The position numbers and the translations under genes are program-made. The notes under the pieces are model-generated. The model did no database searches. It was not told the DNA's origin and was given only the letters and a program-made list of their open reading frames with translations. Positions 57,336 to 64,000 of a stretch of 64,000 nucleotides of DNA are shown here, piece by piece (within the stretch, counting starts at the first letter, position 1; the number at the start of each line of letters is the position of its first letter). The DNA is from Deltaproteobacteria bacterium (lineage in GTDB: Bacteria; Desulfobacterota; Desulfobaccia; Desulfobaccales; 0-14-0-80-60-11): positions 7,591 through 71,590 of the forward strand of contig JASEFS010000018.1 of NCBI GenBank assembly GCA_030018495.1, in the 5' to 3' direction.

Positions 57336-58361
57336 CTAATCGGCCGGGTCCGATTCTCGCGCAGGGGGTTCAAGGCGGGAGTTGGGGCTTTTATACAGGC
57401 GGCGTTCCAGGAAAAAATGTCTGACGGTGAATTCCCCGTCGCCGGCATCGACTTCAAGATGCCGCCTGGCCATATGCAATTTGGCGTCGATTTCGTCCAG
57501 GTAATAGACCAGGAGAGCTTCGGGCGTCTTGGGGAGCACCGGGGAGCCGAACTCCTCGGCGCCGTGATGTGAAATAATGATGTGCTCCAGTTCCCGGAGC
57601 AGGTCTTCATCCGGAAAATCGACGGCTCTGGCCTCTTCCCGCACCATCTCCCAGCCCAGGACGATATGGCCGAGCAGGCCTCCCGGCACCGTGCGCTTGG
57701 GACATTCGGGGTTGGCCAGTTCCTTGATTTTCCCCAGGTCATGGAGGATGGCCCCGGCCAGAACCAGGTCTTTGTTCAGGCTGCGGTAGACCTCCAGGGA
57801 GCGCAGGGCGTGACGGGCCACCGACCAGGTGTGCTCCAAAAGGCCGCCCAAATAGGCATGGTGGACGGATTCGGCGCCGGGCCAGGTCATGAGTTGCGAC
57901 TCGTACCTTTTCAGGATGCCGAGGACCAGTTCTTGCAATGGGGAATGGATATGCGAACCGACCAGTTCACAGAGTTCCCGCCACAACTCCTCCCGATTAT
58001 ATGCGGTGCTCAGGACCAGGAGTTCGGGATCAAAGTTCTGGAGGTCTCCGCCTCTTTGCCGGATGTGGTCAACGGGTTCGATGTAAGTGACATTAATCTG
58101 AGGCTCGCCCTGGAAGGTTTCCACCAGGCCGGTGACTCCGACAAAATCGCAGGCGGCCGGCTCCTGGGGGCATTTCTTCAGGGTTTCCTCCCAAACCATG
58201 GCCTTGACCACGCCTGTCTTGTCGCCCAACATCAGCGCCAGGTAACGCTTACCGTCCTTGGTGCGGCGGCTTTCCACCCGGCGCACCAGGAAAAACTGCT
58301 TGAGCGTCAGGCCGGCGCGCAGATTAACAATATAGTGATGGGAGGCCGATGATTCAGGCAT
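57336..58361 (-). CDS. OB-fold plus HD-domain phosphohydrolase (YhaM-like 3'-5' exoribonuclease family)
   Basis: N-terminal OB-like segment, HHAYLGGLLEHT and ILHDLGK HD motifs, ISHHG. Confidence 0.7.
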   Translation of the reverse strand: MPESSASHHYIVNLRAGLTLKQFFLVRRVESRRTKDGKRYLALMLGDKTGVVKAMVWEETLKKCPQEPAACDFVGVTGLVETFQGEPQINVTYIEPVDHIRQRGGDLQNFDPELLVLSTAYNREELWRELCELVGSHIHSPLQELVLGILKRYESQLMTWPGAESVHHAYLGGLLEHTWSVARHALRSLEVYRSLNKDLVLAGAILHDLGKIKELANPECPKRTVPGGLLGHIVLGWEMVREEARAVDFPDEDLLRELEHIIISHHGAEEFGSPVLPKTPEALLVYYLDEIDAKLHMARRHLEVDAGDGEFTVRHFFLERRLYKSPNSRLEPPARESDPAD

Positions 58362-58486
58362 GGTTGTGTCATGATAACGCGAGTTCCAGGGCGGGTCAAG
58401 GAAAGGAGAGGCCCTATTGAAGAAATCCTTGACATAGGCAAATATGTAATTATTTTATTCATATGGGAAATTGACCAAAAAAATGG

Positions 58487-58514
58487 TTGACATCCACAGA
58501 TGAGGCGATAAAAT
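58487..58514 (+). promoter_or_regulatory. sigma70-like promoter upstream of rpoD
   Basis: TTGACA (58487-92), 16 nt, TAAAAT (58509-14). Confidence 0.5.
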
Positions 58515-58548
58515 AATTAATTTGATTTTTTCCTAAGAGGTTGGCCCT

Positions 58549-59865
58549 TTGGCTATAAATATAATGGAAAAAGAATATCTTAAGAAATTCCTTGATTTGG
58601 ACGGCGGCAACGAGGCCCGCGCGGCCTACGACCAGCTGCCTTTCCTCATTTCGGAGGATGAATCCGAAAATTATGCCTTTCGGAATAAATTCGACCTGTC
58701 CCCCGAGGAAGAGCTGGAGGTAACGGACCAGTTCACCGCCTCTCCTTACGATGGGGAGGAGGAGCTTCCCGAAGTCGACGTGGAAGAGGGGACGGACACG
58801 GATGAAATTCCGGAGCATGAGGGGCTGGTAGCCGCCTATTTTCGTGAAATGCTGCGCTATGCCATCCTTTCTCCGGAGGAAGAGCGGGAGTTGGGGCGCA
58901 TCATCAAACATGGACAGGAGGGAGTGCTTCAGCTTGTGCTGCAGTCTCAGTCCGACCTGGAGGAGATTGCCTACCTGAAAAAGAAGGTGGATGCCTGGTT
59001 TCAAGCGCCGGAAAAAAGCGCTCAGGCCAAAGAAAAGCTGTTTCGCCTGATTCACCAGGTCCTGCAGCGGCTTTTGCGGCAGCGCCCCGGTGATGAGGAA
59101 ATCAAGGGTCTGATGGAGCGCATCAAGGCCACGGAGGCCGAGGTCACCCAGGCCCGCGATAAAATGATCAAGGCCAACTTGCGCCTGGTGGTGAGCATCG
59201 CCAAAAAATACCTTCACCGGGGGCTGACGTTTTCCGACCTGATCCAGGAAGGCAACCTGGGGCTGATGAAGGCCGTGACCAGGTACGACTATACTACGGG
59301 CTACCGGCTGAGCACCTTTGCCTCCTGGTGGATCCGGCAGACCATAACCCGGGCTATCTATGACAAAACCCGGACGATCCGCATCCCGGTGCACCTTCAG
59401 GAAATCCGCAACCGGTGCTACCGCGCCTTTTACGACCTCTTGAAGGAGTTGGGGCGGGAGCCTAACTTAAAGGAGATTTCCGAACGTTCCGGGGTATCTG
59501 AAGAGAAGATCCTCATGGTCACCAATCTTTCGGATGAACTGATTTCCCTGGAGACCCCGGTAGGGGATGAAGGCGACCGGCTGGGCGATTTTATCCGCAA
59601 CGACAAGGCCGTATCGCCCTATGAAGGGATACTGGAATCCGAACTGATGGATAAGACGTCCATTATTCTCAACACGCTGACTCAGCGGGAAGAGAAGATT
59701 ATGAAGATGCGCTTCGGCATCGGCGACGAAGTGGAGCACACCCTGGAGGAAATCGGGCGCGCCTTCAACGTCTCCCGGGAGCGCATCCGCCAGATTGAAA
59801 AGAAGGCGCTGAAGCGCCTTAAACACCCTACCCGCAAGGCGGCGTTAGAGGATTTCTTGGAGTAA
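58549..59865 (+). CDS. rpoD: RNA polymerase sigma-70 family factor (RpoD-like, regions 1.2-4)
   Basis: [60 protein letters not shown] at 58549 has an AAGAGG SD; ATG at 58564 is the alternative. Confidence 0.85.
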   Translation: MAINIMEKEYLKKFLDLDGGNEARAAYDQLPFLISEDESENYAFRNKFDLSPEEELEVTDQFTASPYDGEEELPEVDVEEGTDTDEIPEHEGLVAAYFREMLRYAILSPEEERELGRIIKHGQEGVLQLVLQSQSDLEEIAYLKKKVDAWFQAPEKSAQAKEKLFRLIHQVLQRLLRQRPGDEEIKGLMERIKATEAEVTQARDKMIKANLRLVVSIAKKYLHRGLTFSDLIQEGNLGLMKAVTRYDYTTGYRLSTFASWWIRQTITRAIYDKTRTIRIPVHLQEIRNRCYRAFYDLLKELGREPNLKEISERSGVSEEKILMVTNLSDELISLETPVGDEGDRLGDFIRNDKAVSPYEGILESELMDKTSIILNTLTQREEKIMKMRFGIGDEVEHTLEEIGRAFNVSRERIRQIEKKALKRLKHPTRKAALEDFLE

Positions 59866-59922
59866 TCCCGGCCCGAGCCCAGCCCTAAAGGCCTGGTGCA
59901 TGATTCCGGAGAAGGAGCAAAC

Positions 59923-60309
59923 ATGGCAGGACTGAGCCCGGAAAAGTTAGCGGTGGTTAGAGAGCGGCTCCTGGACCGTAAAAAACGCCTCTGGCTGGAG
60001 GTAAAGGAACAGCTCAAGAGCAGCATCGGTGATGGTTATCAGGAGATGTTGTCCACGGCCCGGGACGAAGAGGACCAGGCCTCGGTGAGTCTGCTCGCCG
60101 AAACCAATCTCACTCTCCTGGGCCCCAAACGCCAGGAATTGGAGGCCATCGAAGAGGCCCTGCAACGCCTGGACAACGGCAGTTACGGGGAATGCGAGGC
60201 TTGCGGTCAGCCCATCGAGGCCCGCCGCCTGGAAGTGATGCCGGAGACGCCCTACTGCCGGAATTGCATGTCCCAGAAGGAGAAGCTCGCCAAGGCCGCA
60301 GCGCGATAA
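59923..60309 (+). CDS. DksA/TraR-family C4 zinc-finger protein
   Basis: CEACGQPI...CRNC four-Cys motif preceded by a coiled-coil region; GAAGGAG SD. Confidence 0.8.
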   Translation: MAGLSPEKLAVVRERLLDRKKRLWLEVKEQLKSSIGDGYQEMLSTARDEEDQASVSLLAETNLTLLGPKRQELEAIEEALQRLDNGSYGECEACGQPIEARRLEVMPETPYCRNCMSQKEKLAKAAAR

Positions 60310-60332
60310 ACAAACCGATCCTTAAAACAAAA

Positions 60333-60362
60333 GGCGGGAGGGATAACCCTTCCGCCTTTTTT
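60333..60362 (+). terminator. Rho-independent terminator (between convergent genes)
   Basis: GGCGGGAGGG-ATAA-CCCTTCCGCC followed by TTTTTT. Confidence 0.8.
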
Positions 60363-60405
60363 ATCTGCCTTGGGCAGGGCGGAGGCAATCGGTCTCGATG
60401 AATCT

Positions 60406-61212
60406 TCAGCGCAAACGCCGGTGCATGAGCACGGGCATTTCCCGGCGCAGGCGGGTGAGGCGCTCGTGGTCCAGTTCAGCGTAAATGATGCCTTCTCCAT
60501 CAGGGGCCTGGGCCAGCACGGTGCCCCAGGGGTCCACGATGAGGGCCCGGCCGTAGCTTCGCCGGCCCTTGCTGTGAACCCCCCATTGAGCCGGCGCCAC
60601 CACATAGGCCTGATTTTCGATGGCCCGGGCCCGCAGCAGCACCTCCCAGTGGTCCCGGCCGGTGGCGAAAGTGAAGGCCGAAGGGATGAACATGAGGTCC
60701 GCGCCCCGGTCGGCCAGGGCGCGGTAGAGCTCCGGGAAGCGCAGGTCATAGCAAACGCTCAGGCCCGCGGTGAAGGGGGTGGGGGCCAGCGACGCGGCCA
60801 CCACTTCGCTGCCGGCCTGGACGCTGTTGGATTCGCGAAAAACCGGGCCGCCGGCAATGTCCACGTCGAAAAGGTGGATCTTGCGGTAGCGGGCCAAAAT
60901 CTGGCCGCCGATGCCGATGAGCACGCTGGTGTTGTAATAAGGGCGGTCCGGGTAAACGATTTCCGGAAAGGTGCCCATGAGCAGGATGATTCCCAGGCTG
61001 CGGGCCAAGTCCCGGAATTCCTTGACCAGGGGGCCGTCCAGGGGCTGGGCCGCGGGCGGCGCTTTCTCCTCCGGCCCCAGGTACGCGAAGTGCTCCGGCA
61101 GGGCCACCAGAGAGGCGCCGTGGTGCACGGCCTCCTGGACGAGGTCCCTGGCCCGGGCGATGTTGCGCTCCAGGTCGGCGGTAGAGTTGAGTTGAATGGC
61201 AGCTATCCACAT
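60406..61212 (-). CDS. carbon-nitrogen hydrolase (nitrilase superfamily, Nit/omega-amidase-like)
   Basis: IAAIQL start, EHF (Glu), KIHLFD (Lys) and CYDLRFPE (Cys) catalytic-triad contexts. Confidence 0.85.
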   Translation of the reverse strand: MWIAAIQLNSTADLERNIARARDLVQEAVHHGASLVALPEHFAYLGPEEKAPPAAQPLDGPLVKEFRDLARSLGIILLMGTFPEIVYPDRPYYNTSVLIGIGGQILARYRKIHLFDVDIAGGPVFRESNSVQAGSEVVAASLAPTPFTAGLSVCYDLRFPELYRALADRGADLMFIPSAFTFATGRDHWEVLLRARAIENQAYVVAPAQWGVHSKGRRSYGRALIVDPWGTVLAQAPDGEGIIYAELDHERLTRLRREMPVLMHRRLR

Positions 61213-61352
61213 TTTTAAGTGTACCTGAAGTTTATTTGTCGATATCCCAAGCCATGGCGGGATATCCGTTGCTGACTAGATTTGAAGGCTTAGGTAGCAG
61301 GGCCGAAAGTCGCCGAAGACACTTGCGGCCAAAAGCTTGGAGCAAGAAACCA

Positions 61353-61399
61353 TGGTCGGGACGGGCGGACTTGAACCGCCGACCTCCTGCTCCCAAGGC
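61353..61399 (-). pseudogene. 3' fragment of a tRNA-Pro(UGG)-like gene (anticodon loop to CCA), no 5' half
   Basis: Minus strand GCCTTGGGAGCAGGAGGTC-GGCGG-TTCAAGT-CCGCC-CGTCCCG-A-CCA has the T-arm, 3' acceptor strand and CCA. The complementary 5' acceptor strand CGGGACG is absent upstream. Confidence 0.6.
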
Positions 61400-61632
61400 A
61401 TAAGCCCCGAGCTTCACAACCTCCTCAATTTTAGGGCAATTCATTGAAATAGCAGGATTTTGTCTTATCACACCTTGGCAGGTATTAGCAAGCTTTGGTA
61501 TGAGCGAAGTTATAGACCTTTAGCACCCGGTCATGATCAGCGACAATCAAAACTCCCGGCTGACGACAATTAAAATTCCCGTTTCTCTGTAAACAAGATT
61601 AAACCATCCAAGCGGTGTTGGAGGAGGCTTGG

Positions 61633-63114
61633 ATGGTGACCGATCAACAGGTGAGGAAGCTGATGAAGCTGATCCAGAGTGAAGAAACCCTGGCCCTGGC
61701 CGCAGCGAAAGCGGGAATGGATGAGAAGACAGCCCGGAAATATCGGAGATTGGGGAAACTACCCAGTCAATGCCAGCAGGCCCATACCTGGAAGACCCGG
61801 GTGGACCCCTTTGCCGACCATTGGCCAGAGATTCAGCAACTGCTGCAGTTAAATCCAGGTTTGGAAGCCAAGACCATTTTCGAAGATTTACAAAGGAGAT
61901 ATCCCGGCCGTTTCCAGGATGGCCAACTACGGACCTTGCAGCGGAAGGTGAAGAGGTGGCGAGTCTTGGAAGGTCCGCCCAGGGAAGTCTTTTTCCCCCA
62001 AGACTATCGCCCGGGCCAGTTGTGCCAGTCTGATTTTACCCACCTGACCAAACTGCGGGTGACGATCCGGGGCGAAGCTTTTCCCCATCTGCTATACCAC
62101 TTTGTCCTCCCCTATTCGAACTGGGAGACAGGGACCATTTGTTTTTCAGAAAGTTATGAGAGTCTCAGTCAGGGCTTGCAGAATGCGCTCTGGGAGCTGG
62201 GCGGGGTGCCGGCGGAACATCAGTCGGATCGGCTGTCGGCGGCAGTGAACAATTATCTCAATCCCGAGGCTTTCACCCGCCGCTACCAGGCTCTGCTCCG
62301 TCACTACGGCTTGAAAGGCCGCAAGATTCAAGCCAGAGAGGCTCACGAGAACGGCGATGTGGAGCAACGGCATTATCGGTTTAAGCGGGCTTTAGAGCAG
62401 GCTTTGTTATTAAGAGGCCACCGGGACTTCGAGAGCCGGAGTGAGTATGAGGGTTTTTTACAGAAGCTCTTCAAACAACTGAATAGCGGCCGCCAGGACC
62501 GTTTGCGGGAAGAACTGCAGGTGCTCCGGCGACTGCCAGGGCGCCGAGTGGACGATTCCCAGAAGGAAAGAGTCAGGGTGGGGCCCAGCAGCACCATCCG
62601 CGTCAAGAAAAATACGTATAGCGTGGACAGCCGCCTCATCGGGGAACTGGTGGAGGTGCGGATTTATGCCGAGCGGATCGAGGTCTGGTATGGCCAACGT
62701 AACATTCACCGTCTCCCCCGGCTGTCCGGACATGGCAAGCATTACATCAATTACCGCTATATCATCGACTCTTTGGTCCGCAAACCCGGAGCTTTCGAGA
62801 ACTATCGCTATCGGGAGGAGCTCTTCCCCACCAGCTACTTTCGCATGGCTTACGACCTCCTGAGAAAGCAAGATCGACGGCGCGCTCACAAGGAATATCT
62901 GAAGATCCTTTATCTGGCCGCCAAGGAGAGCGAGAGCGAGGTCAATGCAGCCTTGCGGCGGTTAATAGAACTGGAACAGCCCATCACTGCCGTAGCCGTA
63001 AAAGACCGCCTCGGTGCCCTCTCGGCAACTGCTCCCATCAATGCGGTGTCCGTAGCGGAGGTTAATCTGGCCATGTATGATGTCCTGCTTAAGCAGGAGG
63101 CGGTGGCCAGATGA
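61633..63114 (+). CDS. istA: IS21-family transposase IstA
   Basis: N-terminal HTH, DDE-type integrase core (CQSDFT..., ...SDR..., ...ENG..E); GGAGGAGG SD before the ATG at 61633. Confidence 0.85.
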   Translation: MVTDQQVRKLMKLIQSEETLALAAAKAGMDEKTARKYRRLGKLPSQCQQAHTWKTRVDPFADHWPEIQQLLQLNPGLEAKTIFEDLQRRYPGRFQDGQLRTLQRKVKRWRVLEGPPREVFFPQDYRPGQLCQSDFTHLTKLRVTIRGEAFPHLLYHFVLPYSNWETGTICFSESYESLSQGLQNALWELGGVPAEHQSDRLSAAVNNYLNPEAFTRRYQALLRHYGLKGRKIQAREAHENGDVEQRHYRFKRALEQALLLRGHRDFESRSEYEGFLQKLFKQLNSGRQDRLREELQVLRRLPGRRVDDSQKERVRVGPSSTIRVKKNTYSVDSRLIGELVEVRIYAERIEVWYGQRNIHRLPRLSGHGKHYINYRYIIDSLVRKPGAFENYRYREELFPTSYFRMAYDLLRKQDRRRAHKEYLKILYLAAKESESEVNAALRRLIELEQPITAVAVKDRLGALSATAPINAVSVAEVNLAMYDVLLKQEAVAR

Positions 63115-63869
63115 TCCCCATGAGCGAACTGCGCGGGCAATTGGTGGGCTATCTGAAGGAACTTCATCTCCCCACGGTGCGGGAATGCTTTGAAGAGATG
63201 GCCCTCAAAGCTCAACAAGAATCGTTGGGTTACGAGCAGTATCTCCTGGAGGTGACGGCTCGGGAATGTGAAGTGCGCCGGCACAAGCGCATCCAAAAAT
63301 TGCTGCGGGAATCACAGTTGCCCTTGGAAAAGAGCCTGGAGGAGTTTGACCTGAACCGGTTGCCGCGCAAGGTGGTCAATCAGGTCCAAACCCTGCGCAC
63401 CGGCTCGTTTCTGGCCCGGCCGGAAAATGTGCTCGTCTTCGGGAACCCCGGCAGCGGTAAAACCCACTTGGTCTGCGCCCTGGGACAGGAGCTGGTCCGT
63501 CATGGGCACCGGGTTTATTTTGGCCACTGCAATCTTCTCGTCCAGGAACTCCTGCGGGCCAAACAGGAGTTGAAGTTGAGCCGCTGGTTGAAAAAGCTGA
63601 GCAAATGTGCGGCGGTGATCCTGGACGACATCGGTTACGTGCAGCAGTCCCGGGAAGAGATGGAAGTGCTGTTCACTTTGCTGGCGGAGCGCTATGAGCG
63701 GGGCAGCGTCATAATTACCAGCAATCTGCCGTTCTCCAAATGGGAGGCCATCTTTAAAGACCCTATGACCACGGCCGCGGCTATCGATCGCCTGGTGCAT
63801 CACTGCGTCATCATCGAACTGAATATCCCCAGCTACAGGATGGAACAGGCTAAACGGTCCCAAGAATAA
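63111..63869 (+). CDS. istB: IS21-family helper ATPase IstB
   Basis: Walker A GNPGSGKTH, Walker B VILDDIGY, DnaC-like AAA+. Confidence 0.9.
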   Translation: MIPMSELRGQLVGYLKELHLPTVRECFEEMALKAQQESLGYEQYLLEVTARECEVRRHKRIQKLLRESQLPLEKSLEEFDLNRLPRKVVNQVQTLRTGSFLARPENVLVFGNPGSGKTHLVCALGQELVRHGHRVYFGHCNLLVQELLRAKQELKLSRWLKKLSKCAAVILDDIGYVQQSREEMEVLFTLLAERYERGSVIITSNLPFSKWEAIFKDPMTTAAAIDRLVHHCVIIELNIPSYRMEQAKRSQE

Positions 63870-64000
63870 CCAATGTCGTTATCAGCAGAAATATTTGTCG
63901 TTATAAGACCTCCGGCGCCCAGCAAGCCTTGGCCGGAAGGGAGTCCATGATGTTTAAGCAGGGCGGCTGCGGCCTGCCCTGCATAATGTTGGTGCCGGCA

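Larger units (their letters stand above)
61529..63910 (+). mobile_element. IS21-family insertion sequence (boundaries approximate)
   Basis: istA/istB gene pair with a 4-nt overlap. Repeated CGACAA(T) motifs at the left end (61541, 61564) with inverted copies at the right end (63873, 63894). Size ~2.4 kb. Confidence 0.75.

Noticed and set aside
55537-61218. Long opposite-strand ORFs 55537..56472 (-), 57582..58352 (+), 58459..59394 (-), 60370..61218 (+) and 63312..63863 (-)
   Set aside because: Each is antisense to a gene with clear family motifs: aldehyde dehydrogenase, HD nuclease, rpoD, nitrilase-family hydrolase and istB.
61353-61429. Complete tRNA gene on the minus strand
   Set aside because: The T-arm, 3' acceptor strand and CCA are present, but the expected 5' acceptor strand (CGGGACG) and D-arm are absent and the anticodon stem pairs poorly. 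It is reported as a fragment instead.
1-64000. CRISPR arrays, rRNA genes, canonical crcB/eriC-F fluoride exporters
   Set aside because: I looked for regularly spaced direct repeats, rRNA-like conserved blocks and small four-TM or CLC-like ORFs. None were seen; the only repeats are the short REP-like hairpins, the 18-bp tandem duplication and the IS21 termini.

Overview
64-kb chromosomal window from a GC-rich bacterium. The gene content suggests an anaerobic, formate/C1-metabolising lineage: a selenocysteine formate dehydrogenase with an NrfD-type membrane subunit, formate-THF ligase and MobB. The taxon is inference only. Layout: (1) 0-12.6 kb is a fluoride-response locus. I can read three fluoride (crcB-motif) riboswitches directly, each with a sigma70-like promoter and a terminator that competes with the aptamer pseudoknot. 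Two are back-to-back and divergent at 2.9-3.2 kb; the third is at 7.79 kb. Their cargo is non-canonical. It includes a small membrane protein, a cation/H+ antiporter, USP and an unknown protein; a pair of paralogous ~94-aa proteins of unknown function; a 72-aa protein plus a divergent formate-THF ligase; and a dynamin-like GTPase. A phosphoglycerate-mutase-like/zinc-ribbon-HEAT/enolase operon sits next door. No CrcB/Fluc or EriC-F exporter is visible in the window. (2) 13-20.9 kb holds a membrane/NTF2-like protein, a triple-SH3b lipoprotein, a PAS-HisKA_3 kinase with a NarL-type regulator, a pseudo-receiver protein, an Rrf2 regulator, MobB, a beta-hydroxyacid dehydrogenase and Bcp. (3) 21.1-26.2 kb is the formate dehydrogenase operon; the alpha subunit is split in the ORF track by an in-frame UGA (Sec) followed by a SECIS-like hairpin. 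(4) 26.6-32.8 kb is a polysaccharide biosynthesis cluster. (5) 33.1-50.4 kb is a complete minus-strand dcw cluster (mraZ to ftsZ) that lacks murB/ddl and contains an orphan gene and REP-like hairpins. (6) 50.7-61.2 kb is housekeeping: ruvX, an EamA transporter, a GDPD phosphodiesterase, aconitase, DUF502, an aldehyde dehydrogenase, a YhaM-like HD nuclease, rpoD, a DksA-like protein and a nitrilase-family hydrolase. (7) 61.35-64 kb has a 3' fragment of a tRNA-Pro-like gene followed by an IS21-family element (istA/istB), probably a genomic-island edge. Many long ORFs in the track are antisense or shadow ORFs typical of GC-rich DNA and are rejected. All family assignments come from motif recognition by eye; no searches were run.
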